NCBI GenBank assembly: GCA_038087875.1
Contig: CM075988.1
Span: 26,972,001-27,036,000 of the forward strand
Source: Malacoraja senta
Lineage: Eukaryota
Direction of reading: 5' to 3'
DNA length: 64,000 nt
The notes below the pieces were generated by a model that saw nothing but the letters and a program-made list of their open reading frames with translations, did not search any database and was not told the origin of the DNA. The position numbers and the translations under genes are program-made. This document shows, piece after piece, positions 1-13,608 of the stretch (position 1 is the first letter of the stretch; every line of letters starts with the position of its first letter).

Positions 1-642
1 TTCCAGACTTTATTCTGTAGCCAATAACTGTGGTATTCTTTACCCAGTAGATGGTACCAGACAGAAAGGTCAGCATTTCATTCATATCCAGTCTTTCAAA
101 CAAATAACAGTGCTTGTAGCCTATAGAAATCACTTTTTATTACCATAATACTGTCACAAATGTCCAGGTATCAAATGTAATTTTTGAGTGAACCATGGAG
201 ACATTGTCGAGATTTTTTAATAAATTTCATTTCAGGAAAAGAAAACAATGTCCTATTTGTTTGTGAAGATGTTGGGTAATGGTAGATACAAATCTCAGTG
301 CAATGAATGAGAAACTACATGGAAAGGAAATATTGAGAAGATCAGGCAACCTCTGCAGAGAGAAGGATACGTACGTATAATTAGTGAGAGGAGCAAGATA
401 TCTTTGTATGTAGCGTACACACTCATACTCACCTTCAATGACTCATCCAATGCTCAGTGTATGGAAGCGTGGAAGCCAATTAGTAGTGAAAACTATTCTC
501 AACTTCAGAATCAATGCTTCAGAACTGTTACAACTAAACATATTATTTACCACAATTATGATAATTTTCCCTCTAAATAGGCCACAAAATCCATGTGTGT
601 TTTGTTTGGGAAAGGCAAAGGGTTGAGAGCAGCAAGTGTCGG

Positions 643-690
643 CCCTAACCCTAACCCTAACCCTAACCCTAACCCTAACCCTAACCCTAA
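643..690. repeat. Interstitial telomeric repeat (CCCTAA)8
   Basis: Eight perfect CCCTAA units; explains the PNPNPN and VRVRVR ORFs. Confidence 0.97.
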
Positions 691-730
691 TATTGCTGAC
701 GGTGTCTGCTCCAGGCCACGACAACTCCCC

Positions 731-975
731 TTGGGTAGCTTACACCCAACAGTGTCAACATTGCATTCTCCAATTTTAGGTAACCCCTAACAACCCCACC
801 TCCCCTTTCTCCCCCCACCCCCCACCTTCCCCTCCCGTACCCCACTTGGACTTGCCCCTTTCCCCCCCCCCTCCTCTTAGATTCCTTCCTCTGGCTTCAC
901 AGTTTGCAACTCTTCAGTCTGTCTGTCTGCTTTAATCTATGGCTTTTGATCCAACATCTGCCTATCCAACATGTC
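731..975 (+). mobile_element. Penelope-like element fragment (end of GIY-YIG ORF plus pyrimidine-rich 3' region)
   Basis: 731-783 reads LGSLHPNSVNIAFSNFR*, matching the ORF end of the PLE at 2897-2948 (LGSLHPSGTNIDFSNFK). Confidence 0.75.
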
Positions 976-1093
976 CCAAATATGTGTAGGATGTGCAGGA
1001 TAGTGTTAATGTGCGGGGATCGCTGGTCAGCACGGGCACGGTGGGTTGAAGGGCCTGTTTCTGTGCTGTATCTCTAAACTAAACTAAACTAAA
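973..1093 (+). mobile_element. HE1-type SINE, 3' half with (TAAAC)n tail
   Basis: ...gaagggcctgtttctgtgctgtatctctaaactaaactaaactaaa, same as the 3' ends of the SINEs at 24666 and 33086. Confidence 0.8.
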
Positions 1094-1157
1094 CACACAT
1101 AGATCTCTGACCTCTGCAACAGAATCTTAGCTGATACGCCCAATGCAATGCCTAGGG

Positions 1158-1674
1158 AACTGGGAGGACAAGCGCACCAACATCAGCATTTTGGAGGAAG
1201 CCAACATGACCAGCATCACCACCACAATAATGTAGCACCAACTTCGATGGACTAGCCATGTCATCCGCATGTCCAACACACGTCTCCCTAAACAAATCCT
1301 GTACTCTCAATTGAAGGAAGGTTGGCGAGCCCCCGGCGGGACAAAGAAACGCTTCAAGGACAACATCAAGAACAGTCTGAAGAAATTCCACATCACATCA
1401 AGCAACTGGGAGCACATTGCACCGGACAGGCGCTCCCGTGCAGGAAGGAGCTGCACGTCACGAAACGGAACCACGCCGTGTCACAGAGACAAAGCGACAG
1501 CACCATAAGGAGAGAGAGACTACCAACCACCGCCAGTCTCCACTGCCCACGTTGCACCAAGGTGTGTGGATCGCAGATCGGCCTCTACAGACATCTGCAG
1601 ACCCACAAGTAGACGACGCTATGGAGTGGAGAGGACAGTCATACTCGTTTCGAGTGACCGCCGATGATGATGAT
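1158..1674 (+). mobile_element. RTE-clade LINE, 5'-truncated, frameshifted 3' end
   Basis: Encodes WEDKRTNISILEEA, then RLPKQILYSQLKEG..GG.KKRFKDNIK, then a terminal C2H2-like CPRC...GLYRHLQTH; ends in a (GAT)4 tail. Confidence 0.85.
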
Positions 1675-1954
1675 TACAGCAGGGGTGCCATCTTCTGGAT
1701 GAGATGGTAATACAGCATCTTATCTCACTGCAGGTGGATATCCGGCAGATAAACCCAGTCCAGAGTCCGGCCAGTATAGCTGCCTTACATGTGTTGCCAG
1801 GATGTAATGGGATCTTGCGGTGTCCACTTGGCAATTGCTGCATCACAACTGTGAATTGCCTCAACAAAGTTAATCCTTCCTTCCTTCCTTGGGTTTTTCC
1901 TTTCCTGTTGATTGAACATCGAACAAACCCTGTTCTAGGCATGCCCTGGCCCTA

Positions 1955-3152
1955 TCCCCGAACTCTACCTCTGCTACATTGATGACTGCATTGGTGCTAC
2001 CTCCTGCACCCACTGACTTCATCAACTTCAACACCAATTCCCATTATGCACTCAAATTCATTTGGACATCTCCCTACCATTTCTTGATCTCACCGTCTTC
2101 ATCATTGGAAACAGACTATCGACTGACATCGACTACAAACCTACTGACACCCATAGCTATCTAGCCTATACATCTTCCCACCCTGCTTCCTGTAAAGACT
2201 ATCCCCTACTCTCAATTCCTCTGTCTACGCCGCATCTGCGCCCAGGATGAGGTGTTCCATACTAGGACATCGGAGATATCCTCATTCTTTAGGAAACGGG
2301 GGTTCCCCTCTTCCATTATAGATGAAGCTCTCACCAGGGTCTCCTCGATATCCTGCAGCTCCGCTCTTTCTCCCCCCCATTCATAACAAGGACAGAGTCC
2401 CCCTTGTCCTCACCTTCCACCCCATCAGCCATTGTATACAGCATGCAAACCTCCAACATTTTTGCCACCTCCAACTTGATCCCACTACTGGCCACATCTT
2501 CACCCCTTTCTGCCTTCCACAGAGATCGTTCCCTTCGAAACTCCCTGGTCAATTCGTCCCTTCCCACCCAAACCACCCCCTCCCCAGTACTTTCACCTGC
2601 AACCGCAGAAGAAGTCTTTCCAGGTGAGGCAGAGGTTCACTTGCACCTCCTCCAACCTCATCTATTGCATCTGATGTTCCAGGTGTCAACTGCTCTACCT
2701 CGGCGAGACCAAGCGCAGGCTCGCCAATCATTTCACTGCACACCTCCGCTCTGTCTGTCCTAACCAACCTGATCTCCCGGTGGCCCAGCACTTCAACTTC
2801 CCCTCCCATTCCCAATCTGACCTTTCTGTCCTGGGCCTCCTCCATTGTCAGAGTGAGGCCCAGAGCAAATTGGAGGAACAGCACCTCATATTTCACTTGG
2901 GCAGCTTACACCCCAGCGGTACGAACATTGACTTCTCTAACTTCAAATGGCACTTGCTTTTCCTCTCTCTCCATCCCCTCCCCCTTCCTAGTTCTTCCAC
3001 CAGCTTACTGTCTCCGATTACATTCTATCTCTGTCCCGCCCACTCCCCTGACATCAGTCTGAAGAAGGGTCTCGACCTGAAACGTCACCCATTCCTTCTC
3101 TCCAGAGATGCTGCCTGTCCCACTGAGTTACTCCAGCATTTTGTGTCTACCT
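1955..3152 (+). mobile_element. Penelope-like retroelement, degraded (RT C-terminus, GIY-YIG endonuclease, terminal repeat)
   Basis: YIDD motif at 1975-1986; FLDL...YKPTDTHSYL..TSSHP; YLGETKRRL; EEQHLIFHLGSLHPSG; terminal repeat with hammerhead core at 3057-3088. Multiple stops and frameshifts. Confidence 0.9.
3057..3088 (+). ncRNA. Candidate minimal type I hammerhead ribozyme in PLE terminal repeat
   Basis: GU-CUGAAGA-A-GGGUCUCGACCU-GAAAC-GUC-AC: intact core nucleotides, stem II, GUC triplet. Confidence 0.65.
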
Positions 3153-3282
3153 GAAAAATTATAATGCATGCAAACAATATCATGTAATTTTACAAAGTAA
3201 CACTCGTTAATTGAAGTCTGATTTTGCCAGCTGGTGAGATATGACAATTAGCACATTGGATTCATGGTCCTATTTATTATTA

Positions 3283-3435
3283 GAAACATAGAAATATAGA
3301 AAAATAGGTGCAGGAGCAGGCCATTCACCCCTTCGAGCCAGCACCGCCATTCAATATGATCATGGCTGATCATCTAAAATCAGTACCCTGTTCCTGCTTT
3401 TTTTTCTCCATATCCTTTGATTCCTTTTGCCCTAT
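3283..3435 (-). mobile_element. CR1/HER1 LINE 3' end fragment
   Basis: Reverse complement of the CR1 3' UTR seen at 60790-60889. Confidence 0.8.
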
Positions 3436-3439
3436 GAGT

Positions 3440-3565
3440 GGTGGGGGAGGGGGGGGGGGCAATTGGTGGAAGAAGGGATGGAAGAGGGTTTTGTAGTTAC
3501 CGACAATTGGAGAATTCAATGTTCATACCGTTGGGTCGTGAGGTTCCCAAGTGGAATATGAGGTA
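3440..3565 (-). mobile_element. Penelope-like fragment
   Basis: Reverse complement of the LIFHLG...NIEFSN region. Confidence 0.65.
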
Positions 3566-4243
3566 CGTAAGGCAAATAAGATTATGCATATTATGAAGCT
3601 TTGCCAATGTAACAGAAGTTCTTTGTTAGCATGATGTTACATTCACTGGTTGGTGATAGCTGATTGCCATACAACAGAATCGCACATTTCTAACCAAACG
3701 CTGAATACACCTGTGGTCTAATTATTGAAGTGATGGGCAATCATGTCAAGGACGGACGGTGCAGGAGGCATTAATTTCCGTACAACATTATTGGAAGCAT
3801 ATGTTCATTCATGCGAGACGCTACGGTGAGTTATTACATCAATAGAAGATTAACAATCAGACCAGAATCTGCAAAAAGGATTGAATTTAAATTATATTAG
3901 GTGCTGGGGGACTTAATATTTAAATACTTGCAAGCCTCACAGAAAAGAAAAGAATGTTAATCTTATTCTGTCAGTTACAGCAACCTGCCTAGGAATGACA
4001 GAAAGTTTAATGTGGGCCATTTATGGAGAATTTTTAAATGCTCGCTAGCTCAAATCTCATCACCTGTGTGTTCTAACAATGCAAAAAAACTTGCAATGTT
4101 CCAACATTAATCTGGGGAGAAATTTTAATCAAACACAATAATTAGATGCAATGCTGTTTTACAGCAGCTTCAAGTAAGAGTGGAGAGACAGGAAAGGTAG
4201 ACAACACAAGGGGAATATCTCTGTTAGGGTGAAGTGAGGATTA

Positions 4244-4795
4244 AGGGGCTGTCCCACAGCGGCGACCTAATCCACGAGTTCTGGCGAGTTTGCCCTCGAC
4301 TCATACTCGCAGCATGGTCGACACGAGGTCGTAGGAGGTCTTCGTAACTCTCCTTCATGCTCGAGTGTGGTCTCCATGTACTCGAGGCCTCAGCTAGGTC
4401 GCTGCATTTTTTTCAATATGTTAAAAAAAATGCCCGCGAATAAAAAAGGTCGCCATGGAAAAAAATCGATAATTTTTTTACTCGTAGGTTTAGTCGTAGT
4501 AGGTCGTAGTCGGTCGGCATGTTAATCGTAGGTAATCGAAGGTAGTCGAAGGTAGTCGAAGGTAGTCGTAGATTGTCTTCCTCATAGTCGAAGGGAGGTC
4601 GAAGGAGATCGATGGAGGTCGTCTTCACTCTCCACTATTCGGTGTCCAATTTTCCAGAAGCTAGTCATAGCTAGTCGTAGCTAGTTGAAGCTGGTCTTCA
4701 ACATAGTCGAAGGAGGTCGAAGGAGGTCTTCAACATGTCATTTTTTCAAACTCTTCTAAACTCGCCAATTAGGTCGCCCAAGTGGGACAGCCCCT
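4244..4795. mobile_element. Non-autonomous PIF/Harbinger-type MITE (family A)
   Basis: TIRs AGGGGCTGTCCCAC...GGCGACCTAAT / ATTAGGTCGCC...GTGGGACAGCCCCT; TTA on both flanks (4241-4243, 4796-4798); internal GGTAGTCGAA repeats. Confidence 0.9.
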
Positions 4796-5155
4796 TTAAA
4801 TATATTTTACATTCAATTGAAAATGCAGTCAAGGCCTTGTTTAAACTCAGAACTAAAAAGTCATAAATTTGGCAGATTAATTTCAACCATTAAGTACTTA
4901 CGTACACATTACTTGGAAGATGAGAATCTCACTGGCCTGCTGAATCCGATGGAATAAACTGCCAGTAAATAACTGCCAGATATAATACGGAAATTAAGAA
5001 AGAACACTTCAAACCCTAGTGTTTGTTTCTGTAAACATAACATTGACAACTACACGATGCTCCTCTGAGTTCCCACTACATATAAATACGTCCATTGGTG
5101 GCCAAGTAGAGATGATATTCCAAAATTCATGTTGTATTTTGGTAGACCACATTTG

Positions 5156-5293
5156 GTAGGAAGGAACTGCAGACGCTGGTTTAAACTGAAGATAGACATA
5201 AAATGCTGGAGTAACTCAGTGGGTCAGGTGGCATCTCTGGATCTCTGCATCTCCTGCCTGTCCCGCTGAGTTACACCAGCATTTGTGTCTATC
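5156..5293. mobile_element. Inverted pair of PLE-terminal fragments
   Basis: Minus copy (gaaggaactgcaga...gcatctctgg) directly followed by plus copy (gcctgtcccgctgagtta...gtgtctatc). Confidence 0.75.
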
Positions 5294-5508
5294 TTGTATT
5301 GTATACTCCTCTTGTATCTGAGGGAGAATGCTGACAAGTTTGGGTATGGCTGTGGTCAGGCAAAACAAACAAGGGAACTTCAAATAACTAAATGAGTCTG
5401 AGATTCAACTAAAATGGACCTGACCAGAATCACTCTCTCCTTTATCATTCTCACTTTGTTCCTTAGACTGTGCCATCCTCAATCCTGACATACAACCACT
5501 ACCTCATT

Positions 5509-5642
5509 CTGTGTAGAAGGGAACTGCAGATGCTGGTTTATACCAATGATAAGCACAAAGTGCTGGAGTAACTCAGCAGGACAGGCAGCATTTCTGGAGA
5601 ATAAGGATGGGTGATGTTTCGAGTGGGAACCCTTCTTCAGAC
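5509..5642 (-). mobile_element. Solo PLE-terminal unit flanked by an 11-bp direct repeat
   Basis: ACTACCTCATT at 5498-5508 and 5641-5651. Confidence 0.8.
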
Positions 5643-5832
5643 TACCTCATTTTGATCCCTTCCCAGTGTTTGACCCTATTGCTTGTTTACATGGGTCATC
5701 ACTTAGTTAATTACATGTTGACTGAAAGAGCATTGGATTCATTTAAGGACTAGTTGAATCTATTGATCGTATTTCAATCAACTGGAAGCTAAGAGGTGTG
5801 GTTGTCAATGTTTGGCATATATGGATAAATAG

Positions 5833-6020
5833 ATAGACACAAAAAGCTGGAGTAACTCAGCCAGGCAGGCAGCATCTCAGGGACCAGTCTGAAAAAGGGT
5901 CTCGATCGGAAATGTCATCCATTCCTTCTCTCCAGAGATGCTGCCTGTCCCGCTGAGTTACTCCAGCTTTTTGTGTCTACCTTCGATTTAAACCAGCATC
6001 TGCAGTTCCATCCTACACAG
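5833..6020. mobile_element. PLE-terminal unit (short minus part plus full plus part) flanked by a 10-bp direct repeat
   Basis: GGATAAATAG at 5823-5832 and 6021-6030; degenerate hammerhead core near 5887-5918. Confidence 0.8.
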
Positions 6021-6608
6021 GGATAAATAGGTTCCATTTGCTGATGATCAATATTTATTCCGACAGTAGAGATTCCTGGACTTGTTCCACTTCAAGCAGT
6101 TACTATAAATATCCAAAGGGATCTTTCCTCCTTCTTTATGAAGTGGGACACTGATGCTGCAGATTGGTTTTATTTTTACGCATTTGATATTATGAAATTA
6201 TGAAGTCGCAGATTGTTTATGAGAAAAATGGTAATGAGAGAGTGATTGATGGTTAGATACGACGTGAGGTGGTTTATAAAATATTGTTCCAAACATAGTC
6301 TATATGATTGAAGAATTCAATCTGTTTTGATGAAAAATCTCATCTGAAAAATTAATGTCCCTTTCTCTGTCAGCTGTTATATATTAGCTACATCTTTGAT
6401 GTTATTTTGGATTGTAAAAGCACGTTGTCTTTATACACATTATTACACATCACTCCTTTCATTAAAAAACACACAAAATGCTGGAGTAATTTACCAGGTC
6501 AGGCATCATGGCTGGAGAACATCGATAAGTAACTTTTAACATGTGTGCGTGTATGCGTTTGTGAGTAGCTAATTAACTGTAAATGGTTAATTAAAATTAC
6601 AATGACTT

Positions 6609-7177
6609 CAGCGACTCTACTTCCTGAGAAGATTACGGAGATTCGGCATGTCGAAGAGGATTCTCCTAAACTTCTACAGGTGCACGGTAGAGAGCATTCT
6701 GACTGGTTGCATCGTGGCCTGGTTCGGCAACTTGAACGTCCAGGAGCGAAAAAGACTACAAAAAGTTGTGACCACTGCCCAGTCCATCACCGGCTCTGAC
6801 CTCCCCACCGTCGAAGGGATCTATCGTAGTCGCTGCCTCAAAAAGGACCCACACCATCCTGGCCACACACTCATCTCTCCGCTGCCATCAGGAAGAATGT
6901 ACAAGAGCCTGAAAACTGTAACGTCCAGGTTCAGGAACAGCTACTACCCCACAGCCATCAGGCTATTAAACACAACGAATAAGCTCTGAGCTCTGAACTA
7001 CAAAAGACTATATTATTATTTGTTATTTGCATTATATTTGTTATTTATTGAACGTTTTATTTTTTTTCCCGTTAAGTACAATGTTTAAATATTCACATAT
7101 TCTGTTGTGCTGCAGCAAGTAAGAATTTCATTGTCCCGTCCGGGACATATGACAATAAAACACTCTTGAATCTTGAA
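6609..7177 (+). mobile_element. Rex1/Babar-type LINE 3' fragment
   Basis: QRLYFLRRLRRFGMSKRILLNFYRCTVESILTGCIVAWFG...LPSGR...RFRNSYYPTAIRLLN; AT-rich 3' UTR with AATAAA and (TCTTGAA) tail. Confidence 0.85.
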
Positions 7178-7234
7178 GCTTTTCATTGTAACTCGGTACA
7201 CATGACAATAAACTGAACTGATAAACTGAACTAT

Positions 7235-7414
7235 TTGTTTAAGAAGGAACTGCAGATGCTGGAAAATCGAAGGTAGACAAAAATGCTGGAGAAACTCAGC
7301 GGGTGAGGCAGCATCTATGGAGCGAAGGAAATAGGCAACGTTTCGGGCCGAAAAAAGTTTTGGCTCGAACATTGCCTATTTCCTTCGCTCCATAGATGCT
7401 GCCTCACCCGCTGA
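7235..7414. mobile_element. Head-to-head PLE-terminal pair flanked by a 17-bp direct repeat
   Basis: CTGATAAACTGAACTAT at 7218-7234 and 7411-7427; ~55-bp near-perfect inverted arms. Confidence 0.85.
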
Positions 7415-7953
7415 TAAACTGAACTATCTCACTTCAGATCTGTGGCATGGTGGCACAATTCCATGTAACCTGTGATTTTCCATTCAAGTTAAAAACTGTG
7501 GATGTTAAAATTAAAATATTGTTCTTTTGTGGGCTGAGGTAAGCATAGGATTAAAGGGAGAAATCTACAGAATGTAAGCACCAACCTGCTGCCATGCAGC
7601 AGCATCTGACAGCACCAGATTGGATCGCTCTCACAGACTTACTTTGCAGTGAAAATATAACTTCCTGAGTAAAGTGTGAATGTATCTCGGAATTTATCCA
7701 TGTTTCTATTTATTTAATTATAATTAGACTGAAATTTCAACCTATGTGTTACAACCCTCAGCTAGTCTTATTTTAGCTGGGTACGTTGGTACTCGTCTTA
7801 CACTGTCTATTTCAGGAGTTAATAATAGGAGACATGATGAGGTACCGAAGGTAATGACACTTCACGGGCTTGTGATTTAAAGATGAAGGTAAGAAGATTG
7901 CAGAGCTAATGAAACATCTTCATCTCACTTGTTCTCACACGGCACGATTGTAA

Positions 7954-8281
7954 TGGGCCTGTCCCACTTACGCGACTTTTTCGGCGACTGCAGGTAGTTG
8001 CAGGTCGGCGAAAATTTTCAACATGTCGAAAATTTAGCGGCTACCATAAAGACGCTACGACTCTTTGTGCGAATGAGGAGACTACTCACAACCATACAGG
8101 TGACATCCTGGCGACATGTCGCGGGGTGAAGCCTGGATGGTCGTGAGTAGTTGCCCAAAGAGTCGTACCTTGTTCTAGCCGCCGCTGGATTTTCAACATG
8201 TTGAACATTTTCAGCGACCTGTAACAACCTAAGATGGATGCCGGCAGTCGCCGAAAAAGTCACGTAAGTGGGACAGGCCCA
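7954..8281. mobile_element. Non-autonomous PIF/Harbinger-type MITE (family B)
   Basis: 38-bp TIR TGGGCCTGTCCCACTTACG(C/T)GACTTTTTCGGCGACTGC (37/38 match); TAA on both flanks (7951-7953, 8282-8284). Confidence 0.92.
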
Positions 8282-8850
8282 TAAATCGTGTAACTCTACC
8301 AGCTGCAGGGTAGAGGTCAACATATAGTTTAGGTTAACCAGCATCTGCAGTTTCTAGCATCAGTGGAAGGAATGGACAGATGACATTTCGAGTCAGGTTG
8401 AAAAACGTTCCCGGACTGTTTCAAGTTGCTGCTGATGCCACTGAATTGGGAAAATGAGCAGCAAATGTTTTCTTTCTGAAATACATCTGGGGACATTAAT
8501 TTCATGGACAAATGATCTGTCCTGTTTTAGAAAGCGGAGAATTGATTTTCTGTTTCAGCAGAGTTTGGATGGATTGAGCATTTGTAGTTGCTGACGACTG
8601 CACAGCCCCTGTGCTGCTGAGAACACCACTCCACTCAGGTCCAAACTCACCCTCACCGACCTCTCTGACACTATTGATTCCTCCAGCTCTGTACAAACTC
8701 AAAGCTCCTCTACTTCAGCCTCTCTGCATCGGTGAATGTAACCATCCAGTTATCTGTCCACATGCGCCCATGGACCAGTGTCTGAAGCTCTGCACTTTGC
8801 TCCAGAGTTGTCTTTCATTTTCTCATTCTCTCTCACACATTCTCACTCTC

Positions 8851-10164
<1,314 letters not shown>

Positions 10165-11139
10165 GGCTATTTCCTGCATTACCATGAATGTGTTTTTGTT
10201 TTAATTATGTTTTTTTACTAATACCATATTTTGTGCCAAGTCTTGTCTTTCATTAATGTTATGTCTAATTCATGTATAATGTGTGTCTTTGTGTGTTTTG
10301 GTCTATTGCCTGTGATAATGCTACAAGCAGGATTTACATTATCCCTGTACCTCTCATACATATGACAATAAACTCAACTTGAACTTGTGATTTTTCTTTC
10401 TCACGTCACATACAAGCATAGATTGCTTTATTGGCTGAGGAACTGCAGATGGAACGCATCTTGTGACATTGTTGATGGCTACATCCTATAAAGTGAGGTC
10501 ACGGATGAAGTAGCTGAAAAGTGTTGGATGTCGGTCTCTGCCCTGAGAAACTCCTGCAGCAACCTCCTCAAGCTGGGATGATGATCTCTGAGCACCACAT
10601 TCATCATCCTTTATGCAAGTTACTACTTCAGCCATTAGAGTGTATTCTCCTTGATGCCCATTGACCAGCTTTACTAGAGCTCCTTAATGGCACACTCGTT
10701 TATCCAATGCATTAACTCTTCACCTGAACTCTGCTATTCAGCTCCTTGCTCTATGAGAGTTCTCATTGGAGATCTTCAAACTATCTTTAATTGGACTTTA
10801 TTGGGCTTTACCTTGCTATAAACATTATACCTTTTATCCTGTATCAGAGAGCATCTTTTTCCACTTGTATTGGATCCACGGTCAAGGGCGGAAAGATTGT
10901 GTAGAACTGAGAGCCGAGCCTTCCATGAGTCTTTAGGAAGCATAGTCTTTGTGGAGGATGGTTGCAACTTGGAATTATCTCTTGCAAATGGTAATTCATT
11001 GCGAGTTGTTAAGGGGAGAGGATTGATGAGTAACCAAATGTGCTCAAGGTACTAAAACATCCACTTCTACTTCTACATTGTGAAACCGCATCTGCTTCCA
11101 CACTTTGGCTAAAATATTTCTCTTAACTATCATATTTTT

Positions 11140-11210
11140 TGTTTTAGTTTAGTTAAGAGATACAGCATGGAAACAGGCCCTTCAGCTCACCGAGTCCGTG
11201 CTGACCAGCT
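11140..11210 (-). mobile_element. HE1-type SINE 3' end
   Basis: tttagtttag...gatacagcatggaaacaggcccttc is the reverse complement of the HE1 tail. Confidence 0.7.
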
Positions 11211-11248
11211 CAGTGGATGATGCTTACTCCTTAGCTAATTTCTGTGCT

Positions 11249-11408
11249 GTCTGAAGAAGAGTCTCGACCTGAAATGTCACCCATTCCTTCTCTCCAAAGA
11301 TGCTGCCTGTCCCGCTGAGTTACTCCAGCATTCTGTGAAACATCACCCATTCCTTCTCTCCAAAGATCCTGCCTGTCCTGCTGAGTTACTCCAGCACTTT
11401 GTGTCTAT
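11249..11408 (+). mobile_element. Tandem partial dimer of PLE-terminal unit
   Basis: GAAA(T/C)RTCACCCATTCCTTCTCTCCAAAGAT...GAGTTACTCCAGCA occurs twice in tandem. Confidence 0.8.
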
Positions 11409-12523
11409 TTTCTGCATACGTTTACTGAATCACCTCTAGAGATGTATGTTCACAGCTATTTATCAATGCAGTTTATTACAAGCCATTAATTGGAGGACAG
11501 CAGTTTTATTTGCTATATGGCAAGAGGATTATGTAATTAGCAATTCAGAGAATTGGACTAATGATCTGGAGAATATTTCCAATCCCACTATGACAAAAAG
11601 GCAGTGTAAATACGGTTAATTAAATGAAAAAGTTTTAAAAAAGAATGGATATTTTCTAGTGTCCTTTCTTAGTTTTTTAATTAAATATATAATAATTCTA
11701 ACTAAGCCTAAATCAATAACCTTGATTCTTCAGGACTGCTCCATAAACATGTAGTGTTGGGCCACTGCTCCGGCTGGCTTGGGTTGCGATAGATGTAAGT
11801 GCAGATAGGGTCTCCCAAGAGACTTGGAAATTGTATTTTTTAATCTTTGGCACTTTATTGTAACTTGAGGATAAAGGTTGATGATCTGGTTAATCTATGG
11901 GCAATGCTGTCAATGGTGTTCTAGCTAACATCCAGCCCTTCCATCTCATAGTCTTCCAGTAACTAAACCATTTACACCATTTGGATGTGTAAGTCTGGAG
12001 CATTTGAGGCATGTCAGTGCTTTACAATTTAAATATATTTATAAAAAATATCATTTGAATGAGTATTCGCTCTTTTGTGTTGCTCAGATATCAGTTACGA
12101 CCAAAGTAACTCTTCCTCTATAACTAAGACAGGACAAGTAACTTGGCAGCAACATCCCTTTTTCCCTACACGCTTGTGCGGGAGGAGATGAATGTGACTA
12201 ATGGGTTCTTTGTAATTCAATTTTAAAATTATATGCCTTGAGAACCCTTTCCACTCCATCCCACTCTATCACATTCTTCATTAATAGTGTTTTGCGACAT
12301 TTCTAAATTAATAATTCCAAATCGTCTTATTTAGAATTATATTTCCAATGGCATTAAAAATCGAAATAAAGTGGGTCACAACTCAATGTCACATTTCAAA
12401 TGTTTTTCTACCCAAATAATTACTTTTAATCCAGCAATTGATATGCAAGGTTTAACCTGTCTGAGGTGAATGAGCATCAGAGATTGAGTGTCATATCAAA
12501 CAATTATTCTTTGCACCCACATT

Positions 12524-13382
12524 TAGTCATAGAGGAATACAGTGTGGAAACAGGCCCTTTGGCCCAACGCCCACACCAGTCAACAATGTCCCAGCTACCC
12601 TAGTCCCACTTGCCTGCGCTTGGTCCATAACCCTCCACACCTGTCCTATCCATGTACCTGTCCAACAGTTTCTTAAACGATGGGATAGTCCCAGCCTCAA
12701 CTACCTCCTCTGGCAGCTTATTCCATACACCCACCACCCTTTGTGTGAAAAAGTTACCCCTTAGATTCCTATTAAATCTTTTCCCCTTCACCTTGAGCCT
12801 ATGTCCTCTGGTCCTCGATTCCCCTACTCTGGGTAAAAGACAGTGCATCTACCCGATCGATTCCTCTCATGATCTTATACACCTCTCTAAGAACCCCCCT
12901 TATCCTCCTGCGCTCCATGGATTAGAGACCCAGCCTACTCAACCTCTCCCTATAGCTCACACCCTCTAGTCCTGGCAACATCCTCGTAAATCTTTTCTGA
13001 ACCCTTTCAAGCTTGACAATATCTTTCCTGTAACATGGTGCCCAGAACTGAACACAATATTCTAAATGCGGTCTCACCAACTTCTTATACAACTGCAACA
13101 TGACCTCCCAACTTCTATACTCAATACTCTGACTGATGAAGGCCAAAGTGCCAAAAGCCTTTTTGACCACCTTATCTACCTGCGACTCGACCTTCATGGA
13201 ACCATGCATTTGTATTCCACGATCCCTCTGTTCTACAACACTACCCAGAGGCCTACCATTTACTGTGTAGGTCCTGCCTTTGTTCGATGTCCCAAAATGC
13301 AACATCTCACACTTCTCTGTATTAAATTCCATCAACCATTCCTTCGCCCACCTGGCCAATCGATCTTGATCCTGCTGCAATC
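12524..13382 (-). mobile_element. CR1 LINE, 5'-truncated
   Basis: ORFs 12922-13380 (LVRPHLEYCVQFWAP...LERVQKRFTRM) and 12600-12848 (SRTRGH...FFTQRVV). Confidence 0.92.
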
Positions 13383-13396
13383 GTTAATAACCATCT

Positions 13397-13608
13397 TACA
13401 GCAGGTAGTGAAGCAAGCGAATGACCTGTTGGCCTTCATAACAAGAGCAGTTGAGTATACGAGCAAAGAGGTCCTCCTGCAGTTGTACAGGGCCCTAGTG
13501 AGACCATACCTGGAGTATAGTGTGCATTCTTGATCCCCAAATTTGTGGAAGGACATTCTTGCTATTGAGGGAGTGCAGCGTAGGTTCACCAGGTTAATTC
13601 CCGGGATG
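13397..13608 (+). mobile_element. CR1 ORF2 internal fragment (different subfamily, opposite strand)
   Basis: QQVVKQANDLLAFITRAVEY...LVRPYLEY; similar to 60210-60420. Confidence 0.85.

Noticed and set aside
643..690. True chromosome end
   Set aside because: Only 8 units, with ordinary sequence on both sides.
3743..3825. Plus-strand ATG...GTGAGT candidate first exon (MSRTDGAGGINFRTTLLEAYVHSCETL)
   Set aside because: No recognisable homology, promoter or supported downstream exon; expected by chance.
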